Positions 12,850 to 25,020 of a DNA stretch of 64,000 nt are shown piece by piece. Within the stretch, counting starts at the first letter, position 1, and every line of letters starts with the position of its first letter. The notes under the pieces were generated by a model. That model had not been told where the DNA came from. It did no database searches and saw only the letters and a program-made list of their open reading frames with translations. Source of the stretch: Lytechinus pictus (lineage: Eukaryota); assembly GCF_037042905.1 (NCBI RefSeq), contig NC_087245.1, forward strand, positions 33,854,001 to 33,918,000, read 5' to 3'. Made by a program: the position numbers and the translations under genes.

Positions 12850-13613
12850 CTGCATGAATGTGGAATTTGACATCCATAATTAAATAATGCATTTGATATT
12901 TCATCAATTTATAAATCACAGCAATGACAGCATGCATAGTAATATGGCACAAACTTGCATCTTTGTCTGTCTTACTTCATTTCCTTTTTCTTATATTTCT
13001 CCTTCTTTTACACTCGTTTTCAAAATACTCATAGTTTTGTGATAATTCATCACAATTTATAGGAGAGTGGTTAAGTATGAATTTTAGTGGCGGCATCAAG
13101 AGGGGGGATTTTTTTTCTGCCCCCCTCCAAAAAAAAGGAAAGTAAGAGCAAGTAGGTCGAGATGCTGTCATAAGCAGCTGTCAAGTGCTTTGAAAATCCA
13201 CTGCTTTTCAGATCTAGAAATGTTGTCATTTAATTGCTAAGCTCCTTTGGTTAAATACAAAAACTAAGCTTCAATCATCTAGGGGCATTGTGAGATCTCC
13301 CCAGTTTGAATCTCTGTCTCCTTTGTCCACCTGAACTTCAAATGATTAAGTTGGGTTGGGATACCCGATCCCCGTCTGCGGAAAAAGGATGAATGGTGAT
13401 AAGTGAGTTGCCAAAGGACTGATAACTATGGGGCCTCTCCAAGGGACATGGTTGGGAATGGTCGATGCCTTTCTCTCAATGTCGATGCTGCCACATAACC
13501 CTTTGTTTGGAACCTGTGGAGCCGACATATCAACACACAAAACAAATCCTGTTTTACCAATTTTTTTCTCCTTCTTATGATTACAATTTTGATAATTTTA
13601 AATGACTAAACAC

Positions 13614-14072
13614 CTTCTGCAGCTGGGGACTATTAGGGATGCACTGTTTTCCAGATTGAGACTCCTTTACAGGTTGATCATCAGGGATACCGTTCTGATC
13701 CGTTGCTTCAAGATCCACATCATGCAGGAATGGGCAGAGCTTTTCCATCTCATTAACCATATTTGAAGACACGGATCGATAGGATGCACTATTCTGCTCT
13801 AAATCTTCACCACTGATAGCCTCACTTTGGTCATGATCTTTATGTGTATCAGCTGCAGCTCCTTCGGCTTGGTTGATGGAGCCTTGCATTGATATTGAGC
13901 TGGTACCTCCGGTAGATGTTCCATAGTGTTCTTCTACAAATGATATTGGATCAACTTCTGGAATTCCAGACTCAAGGATATCAATGACCCCTTCACCTCT
14001 CAGTTTCATGTTCCTCGGATCGGCTGTAGGAAGGAGCATCTGAAGGAGCTTGGCTTCACCATCATATGCGAG
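13614..14072 (-). CDS. Duplicated paralogous exon of the VPS9-domain gene (alternative, tandem-included or terminal exon)
   Basis: Acceptor ttccatacag|CTC GCA TAT. LAYDGEAKL..DPR..VID and SVSSNMVNEMEKLCPFLHDVDL parallel the 12201-12849 exon. Donor AAG|gtgttt is weak; otherwise the frame reads to a stop at 13581. Confidence 0.6.
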
Positions 14073-14190
14073 CTGTATGGAAGTAAAATGTGACGTTTGA
14101 CATCATGGTCTGATTGATTGAATTACGTCTTGTTAATGTTCATGGATACATGACATTTATAGACAATTGCAAGTTTAAAAAAGTGTAATT

Positions 14191-14330
14191 TGTTTCTTCT
14201 TCTTCTCTTCCTCCCTCTCCTCCCCTTATTCTTCCCCTTCTCCTCCTCCTCCCCTTCTTATCCTTCCTCTTCTTCTTCCTCTTCCTATTCTTCTTCTTTT
14301 TCTTCTTCTTCTTCGTCATTATCATCTTAA
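14191..14330. repeat. Polypyrimidine (CTT/CCT)n low-complexity tract
   Basis: About 130 nt, almost entirely C/T. Confidence 0.85.
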
Positions 14331-14482
14331 TCCCTCTTTTCTTCTACCCTTTTCATCTTCATCAGATAATAACGATGGTAATAACAATGATGGTGATGTA
14401 TGATGAAAAACGTTGAAAATATAATGATGATGAACCCCCCCCCCCCTATTCACTCCTATCGGTGCCTACATCATAATTTGAG

Positions 14483-15030
14483 TTTTTGTCTCGCCCAACG
14501 GAAGTAAAGGCAAGAATAAGGGATCCAAAATGCCGTCCGTCCCTTGCAAACATTATGACAGATAACTTTGCAACCATAAGTCACTTTCAATCAAATTTTG
14601 GTTGTAGATCGATGTACTTAGGGGATCTGCATGTTATGGTGGAGTCGGAGGTCGCATGGTAAGGTCAAAGGTCATTTCAGGTCTAACGTTAGAGTTTACC
14701 TGCAAGACTCTCTTATGACACATAACTCTGCAACCGTGTCTCACATTTCAACCAAAGTTGGGTTGTACTTAGGGGACCTGTATATTATGGTGCAGTCGGA
14801 GGTCACATGGCAAAGTCAAATGTCCTTTCTCGTCAACGTTAAATTTTACATGCAAGACTCTGATTACACTTAACTCTACAACCGTGTCTCTCTTTTCAAC
14901 CAAACTTGGGTTGTAGATGCATTAAGGGGACCTGGATGTTACGGTGTAGTCGGGGTCACATGGTAAGGTCAAATGTCATTTCAGGTCAAACGTTAGAGTT
15001 TACCTGCAAGACTATGACACATAACCCAAA
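14483..15030 (+). mobile_element. Helentron/HINE-like non-autonomous element with ~152-bp internal tandem repeats (~3 copies)
   Basis: Starts TTTTTGTCTCGCC, then a short (CGTC)n. Repeat anchor (AC/AT)TTAGGGGA at ~14616, 14767 and 14921; units carry AAGGTCAAAGGTCA variants. Confidence 0.6.
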
Positions 15031-15689
15031 TACATTTGTACGTTTGTAATAACTAAATGGTAATTTATGCATCTCCTTTGAATCCATCATTCCATTAGTT
15101 TCTTTTTATTTATTTGATACATTGCAACGTTAATGAGATTATTACACATTTATGTTTACTCTACATTTATAACATTAATGAGTAAACATTTATAACATTA
15201 ATGAGTAAACATTTATGTTTACTCATAATAAGTAATGAATCTTCCAATACTTGATTTTTTGCTGACCTCCTGAATATGATTTTCTTTTGTTTTACCATTT
15301 GATTTCACTTTGCATTATTCTGTCTTTTTATGCAATATTTGATTGAATGCGATTTATAATTTCACTTACACTTAGAGAACTCCTTAATTAGATCCGTCAT
15401 AATGATTTTTTTTTGTAATTTAATCTACTATGTATTGAATGATTGTTTTTTTTTTATATGTACTCTTTGTAAAATATCTTTGTATGTTCTCATTTTTTGT
15501 AAACATGTATATTTCAGCCACTTGCTACCAAGCATGTATATATTACCAATAAACCATTACTATACTATAATATACTAGATTTATGAAACTGAAGGTATCA
15601 GTAAATTCATCATTGTTTGAATTATAAAAAGGAAATCAAGGCAAGGAGGATATTTCATGCAAATATCTATTTCACGACACATAATAAGT

Positions 15690-16613
15690 TGTTATATATA
15701 AGAAGAATTGTAAGAGCAATTACATTCATTTCTTAGTCATTTTCTCTTTAAGGATATTCATAGCATAGAATGATTTAGAATGTTCCAGAATGTTTGTTGG
15801 ACATGAGTAATCTTTGAATAATATTTGTTATCTCTGGAATGTCCAAAGAGAGACAATACAGACTGCTAAACAATAGATTGCTACACAATAGACTGCCTGC
15901 AGTGAAAAGGACAATAGGATTAGCTATTTTGTTTACAATTGTTAATTTCACTGAGGTCATTCAAGAGTCTTCTAGAATTTGATTGCTCCAGAAAGGAGAA
16001 TGTTCTTTTTGTAGACAATACTAGAAGCTTCCAGAATAGTGAATAATTTGTATATAAGCTGGCAGTTCCTTCAAGGACACAACACATCACATCAGATCAG
16101 AACTCAGAGTTTCATGCCAGACTTTATGTCAGAGCATATTTTATTTCCACCTGGAATACAACATTTATCTTCTGTGGAATTATTTGCACGCCATCAATGA
16201 ACTGTTTGCAGTTACTTTGAGAGAGAAATTCTCAGTTCTCATCGAGATCATCAAGCTGTTTTGATGAACGCTTTTCAACACATGGATTGCTGAAATTGAC
16301 TGTTAATCATCAACATCGTCTTCACGGACATTTTAACTCGTTACAGTGACTCTTTATTCATCGTGTTTCAACATCCACTTCATCATCGCCATGATTGTGA
16401 ACTTTAATTTAAGGAATCTTCGCCAACCAACTTGGATTAAATACTGGACTATCATAACTTTGGGATTATAATCATCACTTCAAGAGATTGATGTAAGACC
16501 AATATATATTTATTTATGTTCTGTTAGTTTATTATTGTTATATTTCCTGTAATAAAAAAGGACATCAAATTTAAAACCAAATATTTATTGTTATTTGTTG
16601 CAGTATGGTAACA
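15690..16613 (+). mobile_element. Solo LTR (Gypsy-like by its 4-bp TSD), copy 1
   Basis: TGTTA...TAACA termini, AAGT TSD on both sides, internal TATATAA and AATAAA. Homologous along its length to 35880-36815. Confidence 0.88.
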
Positions 16614-16631
16614 AAGTTGCGAAATACTTAA

Positions 16632-16739
16632 AAGACAATTTCACCCCAACAAAAAGTTGATTTGAATAAAAAGAGAAAAATCCAACAAGCATAACACTGA
16701 AAATAAAATTTATCAAAATCGGATTTAAAATAAGAAAGT
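16632..16739. mobile_element. Kolobok-like MITE, left part (right part at 25021-25487)
   Basis: TTAA followed by sequence matching 7240-7342, ending at TAAGAAAGT. Confidence 0.75.
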
Positions 16740-16778
16740 AATAAAAAGGAGGCTGAGATCCACTCAATCACCACTTCC

Positions 16779-17270
16779 ATGAAGAAGCTGGAAAGCAGAG
16801 TAGAGGCTTACGAGGGTAAGAGCAACGAGCTAGAGCAGTATAGTAGGAGGAACTCTGTTCGGGTGTTTGGTGTGCCAGAGTCATCAACAGAGTCTACGGA
16901 AAACCTGGTGATGAAGGTAGCGACAGATCGCCTTGGCTGCCCAATAAGCAAGGCTGACATCGAGAGATCACATCGATCGGGAAAGCCCCGCTCTGACAGA
17001 AAGCCTCGGTCTATCCTGGTCAAGCTCTGCTCCCATCGAGTGAAGGCTGCACTGATGAAGGATCGCCGTAAATTGAAGGGGTCAGGTATCTCCATCCAGG
17101 AGGACCTAACAAAGTTAAATCATCAAATTCTCATGAAATTGTCCTCCCATCCAAAAGTCGAAGCGGCTTGGTCAACTGATGGGAGAGTCATGGCTGCCCT
17201 CAAGACCAACCAAGAGGGAATCCAAGTTAAGAGGTCCTTCTCATCACTGCAACAAGTCTCTTCTTTATAA
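16779..17270 (+). CDS. LINE ORF1 C-terminal part (coiled coil and RRM/transposase_22-like region)
   Basis: NELEQYSRRNSVRVFGVPE, IERSHR, PRSILVKL, ISIQEDLT and AWSTDG are typical ORF1 motifs. Confidence 0.8.
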   Translation: MKKLESRVEAYEGKSNELEQYSRRNSVRVFGVPESSTESTENLVMKVATDRLGCPISKADIERSHRSGKPRSDRKPRSILVKLCSHRVKAALMKDRRKLKGSGISIQEDLTKLNHQILMKLSSHPKVEAAWSTDGRVMAALKTNQEGIQVKRSFSSLQQVSSL

Positions 17271-17689
17271 CTTCCAACTTTTGTGTTTAACTTTATTTCC
17301 ACTGTTACCTCTCTCAGGGGTTTACCTTTTAACTGTAACTTGAAAATTACTTCACCCTTTTTCTGATTTCCACTTATTTTCTTAGTTTCTTTTATCATTT
17401 TTTTCTTCCCGCTTTTTTTTCTAACTTGTGTCTCGTTGTATATTTATAATGTCATTTGCTCTTGCATTTGCTTTTCTTCTATATACTATGTACATACCTG
17501 TATATATTCATCATATAGTTGTTAATGTGTCTGTGTGTGTGAGGGTGTCTGTGAATATGTGTAATGGTTGTCCTCAGATTTCCATGTTTCATCCACCCTT
17601 GTTGATATTTTATATTTGTTTGGTCTGTGACGGATATGGTTTAATAAATGCTGTTTTGGTTTATTGTTTGCTTGTTGAAATCTCTCCTC

Positions 17690-20629
17690 ATGGATGACGG
17701 ATTTAATATTCCAGAACCGGTTATTAATGAGTGTAAATACATAAACTGTGAAGATTTCCAATGTAATGGTGAAAACTTTTCCGTTATGCATATTAATTCG
17801 AGAAGTCTCTTTAAAAATTTTGAAGATTTGGCGGTCTTGTTATCATGTATAAATCATAATTTTTCTGTGATTGGTGTTTCAGAAACCTGGTTTACTCCAT
17901 CCACAGAAGTAGCTACGTTTGATATTCCTGGATATTCACTTGTTCAAGTATGTCGATCAAATAAAAAAGGTGGTGGTGTAGCATGTTATGTCAGAGAGGG
18001 GCTTGATTACAAATTACGCAATGATTTATCAACGGCAAATACTGATTATGAGTCTGTATTTATTGAATTGAATAATGCAAACAAAAAGTCAATTGTTGGT
18101 TGTGTGTATAGAGCCCCTGGCAATGATATTCGATCATTTACTGATGACTTTGACCAAGAAATGTAAATATTGAATAAAGAAAATAAGGACATTTATATTA
18201 TGGGTGATTTTAACATTAACTTGTTAAATGCTGATACAGATGAAAAGGTTAGAGATTTTAATAATTTCATGTGTTCATTTGGCTTGTTTTCCCTAATCAC
18301 TAAACCTACACGCATAACATCATCTTCAGCAACCTTAATTGATAATATATTTACCAATTGTGTTCAATATCAATTCTGCTCTGGAATATTTTGTTCTGAT
18401 TTTTCTGATCATATGCCGATTTGTAGCATTAACAAAGACAATGCCATTACTTCTAGTGAAACAAAAAGAAAAGTGTTCATTTACTGAAGTAAGAATGAAT
18501 TACTTTAGACAAGATTTACTTAACACAGATTGGTCTATTTTATATGATATGTTTGACGCTAATGTGTCGTTTAACTATTTTAGTGACATTTCTTCTCAGT
18601 TATACAATGAACATTTCCCTTTAATTGAATGCAGTGGTAAGAATAAATGCAGGAAACCATGGATTACTCCAATTCTTCTAAAATCCATTCATAAAAAGCA
18701 GAAGCTTTACTATGCATATACAAAAAATAAAAACGAAATTAATCGGAAAAAGTATATTGATTACAAAAATACATTGACAAATCTTGTTCGTCAAAGTAAG
18801 AAGAATTATTATGATAATGTTTTCGAACAAATCAAAATGATATGAGGAAGACTTGGTCCCATATCAATGAATTGCTGGGGAGGGGGAAGAAAACGCCACT
18901 CCCAAATGACATGTATCATAACGAATTGTTGTTAAATTCAGATCTACATAAAGCTGAGTATTTTAATAAATATTTTATTGATCTACCTTCTAAAATAAGC
19001 AAGAAAATTCCTTCTGTCCAATCCTCATACAGAGATTTTATGTCGGTCCAAAATCACTCCTCATCCTTGTATTTTCGACCAACATCTGTTTGTGAAATTT
19101 CTAATTTGGTTTCGACTTTAAAACCATCGAAGGCATGCGGGTCAGATGATGTTTCTCCCAAGGTCATAACAAATTGTATTCAATGCATTGTTGATCCCTT
19201 ATGCGATATTTTTGATAAGTCCTTGTTTCAGGGTATAGTCCCTGACAAACTGAAAATAGCTAGAGTTGTCCCAGTATTTAAAAAGAATGATCGTAAATGC
19301 ATTGAAAATTACAGACCTATTGCGTTGTTACCCATATTCTCAAAAATTCTTGAGAAAATAGTGTACAAAAGAATGGATGATTTCCTTCAACTTCATAACA
19401 TAATGATACCACAACAATTTGGATTTCGAAAGAATTACTCCACAAGTATGGGCGTCTTGAATTTAGTAAATACCATTATAAGTGCAATTGATAGTGGACA
19501 ATTTTATATTGGTGTGTTTCTTGATTTATCGAAAGCATTTGATACTATCGATCATGATATATTATTGTACAAGCTTGAGCATTATGGTGTTCGTGGGGTA
19601 GCCTTAAGTTGGTTCGAAAATTACGTAACGAATAGATGTCAGTATGTAACGATTAATGGAGTTAAATTACAATCTAAGGAGGTTAAATGTGGTGTACCCC
19701 AAGGCTCGGTTCTGGGTCCCTTATTGTTCCTGATTTATGTTAATGACATTATAAATTCATCAAAATTGTTTACTTATTCACTATTCGCTGATGACACTTG
19801 CTTACTTTCCCATCACAAAGATATGGAAACTCTCATACTCTCAACTAACAATGAAATTAAAAATATATTTAAATGGTTTTGCTGTAACAAGCTTTTATTA
19901 AATACTAGTAAAACTCAATATATTGTCTTTAGAACAAGGGGTAAACGAGTCCCTGAAGATACTAATCCATTATCAATAGGAGGCCATCAGATCAGTCGAA
20001 GTCAAGATGTAAGGTTTTTGGGAGTTGTAGTTGATGATCACTTATCATGGAAAAATCACCTCAGTTATGTTTGTACTAAGGTATCAAGGAGCGTTGGTGT
20101 CATTTATAAATTACGTTTCTCTCTCCCTCAGCAGACCTTAGTAACTCTTTACAATGCTATTATTATGCCACACTTAAATTATTGTAATGTTGCATGGGGA
20201 AATACATATAGGAACCATTTAAACAAACTGCTAGTTCTTCAGAAGAAAGTTATGAGGCTCATGACATATTCGAATTACAGATGTCCAAGTATTCCTTTAT
20301 TTCTGCAATTGAAGATTTTGCCTTTTGATGATTTAGTCTCCCTCAATTGCTTGATATTTATGTACAAATCACAATCCTCTCAAAACTGTTCATTTTTAAA
20401 AGATGCATTTGTTGTTAACTCAAATGTCCATTTGTACAATACACGGCAGAAAAATCTTATCCACCAGCCACTTGCAAGAACAAATACTGCTTTTAATTCT
20501 TTTGTGATAGTTTGTACAAAAGAATGGAATAAGTTACCACAAAACTTTAGATCCAGTCCAACACTGCCCATATTTAAAAATTCATGTCGAAAATATTTAT
20601 TTGAAAGATTACAAAATATCTTAAATTGA
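17690..20629 (+). pseudogene. LINE ORF2 (APE endonuclease + RT) with one in-frame stop (~18164) and two frameshifts (~18480, ~18840)
   Basis: MHINSRSL, GVSETW, VYRAP, MGDFNINL, SDHMPI; YRPIALLPIFSKILEK, LDLSKAFDTIDH, GVPQGSVLGPLLF, LFADDT. Confidence 0.92.
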
Positions 20630-20999
20630 TTCTTGATAAACCATGTGTGTTGTGTGTGTGTGTGTGTGTTGTGTTTGTATGTTTTTTCTTATTTTACTCT
20701 TTAGATTATCATTGTAAATATTTTTTCATCTCATTATTGTTGTAATGTACTTTATAAGGGGCCCCTCTCACAAGCTCTGCTTCTATGGGGTCCCAAACCT
20801 ATCATGTATTCTCATTTTTGTTAAACTATGTGATATGTTTCTTGTTCTTGATTGGTTTGAATAAATTTGAACTTGAACTTGAATAATAATAACTAGAACT
20901 GCAATCGTATCAGAACGATGTGCATGCATTGACGCATGTGCTTTGATAGAAGGCAACAAACAGAAGGAGATAGAGAGAAAACTCCAGATGATATACATT

Positions 21000-22000
21000 T
21001 TCAAAATATTAGAGGGCGCTATTTCACAAAGGAATGGTCACTGATGCGTAAAACGCAATTAGATTATGTTAAATGATACAATTGGCAAACCCTGAAAATA
21101 TGAGACCAAAATATATTCATATAAGGAAGTTATGGCAATTTCAACATTTTCCGACTTTGCAAAAGAGGGCGCTATTTTAAAAGGTAATTGGTCACCGATG
21201 CGTAAAAAACATTTGGCATTTGAGAGATGATATTCTTAGCAAATCCTGAAAAAATGACAGCGAAATGAAAGAAAACAAAGAAGTTATTGCCATTTTACTA
21301 TTTTTGACTTTTCAATAGAGGGCGCTATTTCTAGAGGTAATGGTCACTGATGCGTAACAAACTAGTGAACTATGTAGGATGTAACCATAAGCAAACCCTG
21401 AAAATAAGAGACCAAAGTGGATGAAACCGAGGAAGCTATGGCAATTTTACATTTTGAGACTTTTCAATAGAGGGCGCTATTTCTTAATGTAATGGTCACT
21501 GATGCGTTAAAAAAACGTTTGAATTATCGGGAATGATACCCTGAGCAAACCCTGAAAATATGAGACCAAAAGATTGAAAACAAGGAAGTTATGGCCATTT
21601 TACTATTTTCGACTGTTCAATAGAGGGCGCTATTTCTTAAAGGCAATGATCACTGATGCGTAAAAAACATATGAATTATGAGGAATGATACAATAAGCAT
21701 ACCCTGAAAATATGAGACCGAAATGAATGAAAACAAGGAACTTATGGCCATTTTAATATTTCTTTTGTTTGCAATAGAGGGCGCTATTTCTAAATGTAAT
21801 GGTCACTGATGCGTAAGATGCATATGGATTATGAAGGATGATATCATACGCCAGCCCTGAAAATATAAGACCGAAATGAATGATAACAACAAAGTTATTG
21901 TCATTTTACTATTTGTTGACTTTGCAATAGAGGGCGCTATTTGTAAATTTAATGGTCACTGATGCGTAAAAAAAATTGAATTGTGAAGGATGATACCATT
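21000..22000 (+). repeat. 153-bp tandem repeat, 7 units; the last unit continues at 24323-24400 after an insertion
   Basis: Invariant AGAGGGCGCTATT at 21011, 21164, 21317, 21469, 21622, 21776 and 21929. Confidence 0.92.
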
Positions 22001-24322
22001 CATGGGTGTCGATCACGGGGGGGATGGGGGGGATATATCCCCCCCCCCCAATATTTCAAGTGGGGGGGATGGCCTGTATTATCATCCCCCCAATAATTTA
22101 GGGTAGAAAATTTATAATAATGATGATGAAAAAATGAAATGTTTGATCATGATGATTATAGTGATGATTATAGTATGCCATCAATCAGTTTGTTTCCCTC
22201 GCAATTTGTGTATATTGTTATTAAATAAAAGCATTCTTTTCCAGGACTTTTAAACAGATGGGTGGAGGTTCAAGATGAAAAAGAATGAAATGTTTATGTA
22301 TATGATATTTTTTAACACATGACATAAAAGGACCCCGACGAAAAACAACTTTTGTTGATAGGGTGTTCCATCCCACCAGTGGTAATATGATCATATTTTT
22401 TACAATTTTTTAATAAGTGAAATCAATTAATGGTTTCAGAAAAAAATAATCATTCATTTCTCTCTAAAGCGTATCTTCGGATGTTTTTTTCCATGTTATT
22501 CTTGTTATTGTTATGGACTTGAATAACTAAACTTGATTGATTTTTTCTTATTTTGGCAAAAAGAAATCTCTTTTGAGTTTGGAAAGGGATGACCGTTTTG
22601 CATTGTATATGAGCACACTCATGCGGTACGTAAATTTCATTTTGACACATATATTACCTGATAATACACACTGATGGTTCAAGAAAATGTTGGAGAAATA
22701 TCATAACATGACAGTTGAGTTTTGATTGTTTTTATGTTTGTTTTTTGTTTCATGCACTTATAAAGTATTTAAAACATGTTAAAATCCAGGGTTAAAATCG
22801 TCTAAGGAATGACGGTAAGCCCGATGGCGCACGAGAAGCCACGCAGTTTGTAATTTGTGCTAGTCTTAATTTGTCCGAATCTGCATTTTATCATCATGCA
22901 TTAAGAAGAAAAAAGATATTGCCAGTCGGATTTTTGTCATTTTTTCTTTCGTATGAGTTTAGAATAGGCTTACTTGTAACACAAATTGAATTTTCAAAAA
23001 AAATATATAAATACAGTACACTGCAACAATGAAAGAATTTCCAAGAACACAGTGGCGTAACAACGGGGGGGGGGGGGGCATGGGGGCACGTGCCCCCCCC
23101 CCCCCCCCAATCGGCTGGCCAAAAAAAAAAACGGGGAAGAGATGAAAGGAAGAGAAACGTAGTGGGAATGAAGAAATTATTGTTCATTATAATGTTATAT
23201 TATAATAATGTTATGTTATAATACATCAGAAACATTTTTTCATAACTTTATTTTGCTCAGGCCTAGATGTCTTCATTGTTCCCGGTACTCGCATTGTCTG
23301 TTTAACGTTTTTAAGTCAATATACACCAAATATATTTCCTCGCACTTCGACTTATTATTGTTTTATGTAGTGACGTATGGTTCTTTTTCATGACTACTTA
23401 AAGTGATTGCCCCATTTTAAGGTGTTAATATAAAACATTTCCTGTCCATGCTTACGTTCGCACTAGTAGATTGGTGAGATATGTCTGCTCTTCGTGAATT
23501 CCTAAATATCAGTCCTTAAAATGTCCCTTTTTCTGATCTGAATATCAAAAATGTTCAGCTCGCGCTTCGCGCTCGCATCATTTGTTTAGTGAAATACGTA
23601 TCGTACGGTCTTAGTGAATTCTTACAAACAGGCCTTAGAATGCCTCTCTTCAGGTCTGATTATCCTAAATTTTCAGCTCGCGCTTCGCGTTCGCAATATT
23701 TGATGAGTGATATGCATATTATCATGATTACAATGACTACAAAAAGTGATTCATGTGTTTAGATGTAGCAAAATCAGCAAGCGCTTTGCGCTCGCATTAG
23801 ATGACTATGGGGAGATATGTATACTCTTAATGGATTCCTAAAATATAGTCCTTAACATGTCCTCGTTTGGGGTCAATATTTACAAAAATTCAGCTCGCGC
23901 TTCGCGCTCGCATTGTTTGTTTAGCGAGACAGGTATGTATCATGATTACAAAAATTTGCTTATAATGTCCTTTTTTGGTCTGCATATCAAAAATTTTCAG
24001 CTCGCACTTCGCGCTCGCATTATTTGAGCAGTGAGATACAAATCCGTTTAATGGCACTGTCCTTAAAATGTCCCTATTAGGTCAGTATACCTGGCAACTG
24101 AGCGCGCTTCGCGCGCTCACTAAGTGACTCAAAAATTTTGCTGGTGCCCCCCCCCCCAATGTCGTGACTCACGGTACGCCACTGCAAGAACACCATGCAT
24201 ATCAACCACTCCCAAATGTCCTAACTTGTGATTTTAGTGGGGGTAATGTTAAAAGATCCCCATCCACAAGAACATTTGTGTCAATCATCCCCCCCAACCA
24301 AGAATACCGATCGACACCCATG
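22001..24322. mobile_element. MITE with 14-bp TIRs (CATGGGTGTCGATC), inserted in the 153-bp array
   Basis: CATGGGTGTCGATC at 22001 and GATCGACACCCATG ending at 24322. The array unit resumes afterwards. No clear TSD. Confidence 0.75.
23050..24184. mobile_element. hAT-type non-autonomous element
   Basis: TIRs CAGTGGCGTA/TACGCCACTG and 8-bp TSD CAAGAACA (23042-49, 24185-92). Internal CAGCTCGCGCTTCGCGCTCGC repeats. Confidence 0.88.
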
Positions 24323-24855
24323 TAGTAAACCATGAAAATATGAGACGGAAATGAATATAAACAAGGAAGTTATGGTCATTTTACGATTTTCATACTTTGC
24401 ATTTCAATAAATATGAACATTTTGAACGAAGACTATATTGGATTTGAATTTAGGGCAAGAAGACGGCATTTTGAAAGGCAAATTGTAGTTTTCATATGAA
24501 AGAGCAACTCTTAAACAATCTACTGCAATTTGTTAGAAGTCTGTAGCACGCAGGATACGGGAGTTAGGACGGGATTAGGAATAGTATGCAAATTGACTTG
24601 AAATTTACAAAATTGTGCCTTGATGGTCATGCATGAGTGATTTTGGAAAATGGAAGACGAAGTGCACAACTAGGGATGCTGGACAACATGTCTACCAAAT
24701 TAGGATGAGGGACGGAGCCAGGGCAGGGCTAACAAAAACTACGTGTTAAACGAATGAGATTTTGTGGAAGAAGCAGACAGAAGACAGAAGAAGAGGACGA
24801 CGGAATAGGAATACGGAACAACAACAGAGCATTGTCGCCTGTAGGCTAAGGTAGG

Positions 24856-25018
24856 CTACAGATTATTTCCTGCCGGTACCCGTTTACCTCACCTGGTTTG
24901 AATGCAGCTCAGTGTGGATAAATTTCTTGCTGAAGGGAAACACGCCAAGGCGAGGATTCGAACCCACGATCCTCTGTTTGAAAGGCGATAGTCAGAACCA
25001 CTAGACCACGGCGCGCCC
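24856..25018 (-). mobile_element. tRNA-derived SINE (5' head and core, 3' part missing)
   Basis: Minus strand has A box GTGGTCTAGTGG and B box GGTTCGAATCC, followed by a non-tRNA core CCTTCAGCAAGAAATTTATCCACAC. Confidence 0.8.
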
Positions 25019-25020
25019 AT

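Larger units (their letters stand above)
16740..20883 (+). mobile_element. CR1/L2-group LINE (Crack/Daphne-like), 5'-truncated within ORF1, near-intact ORF2
   Basis: ORF1 remnant, ORF2 with three lesions, 3' GGGGCCCC...GGGGTCCC hairpin, AATAAA and a (TTGAAC)3 tail. Confidence 0.9.
20891..24845. mobile_element. Probable Helentron/HINE-like element carrying a 153-bp tandem array, with nested MITEs
   Basis: Begins AACTAGA followed by a small hairpin (ATCGT...ACGAT), has a central tandem array and an (AGAC/GAA)-rich stretch near the far end. Right boundary approximate. Confidence 0.5.

Noticed and set aside
13346..13540. Additional VPS9 exon (VPNKGLCG...)
   Set aside because: A possible acceptor exists, but the frame hits a stop, and I found no convincing donor or similarity.
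14140..14325. Lys/Arg-rich ORF
   Set aside because: Translation of a polypurine/polypyrimidine simple repeat.
21000..22000. Repeat-spacer array (constant core with variable intervals)
   Set aside because: The intervals are homologous to each other, so this is a diverged tandem repeat.
24940..25018. tRNA gene
   Set aside because: A and B boxes are present, but the acceptor stem is poor and it runs into a SINE core sequence.
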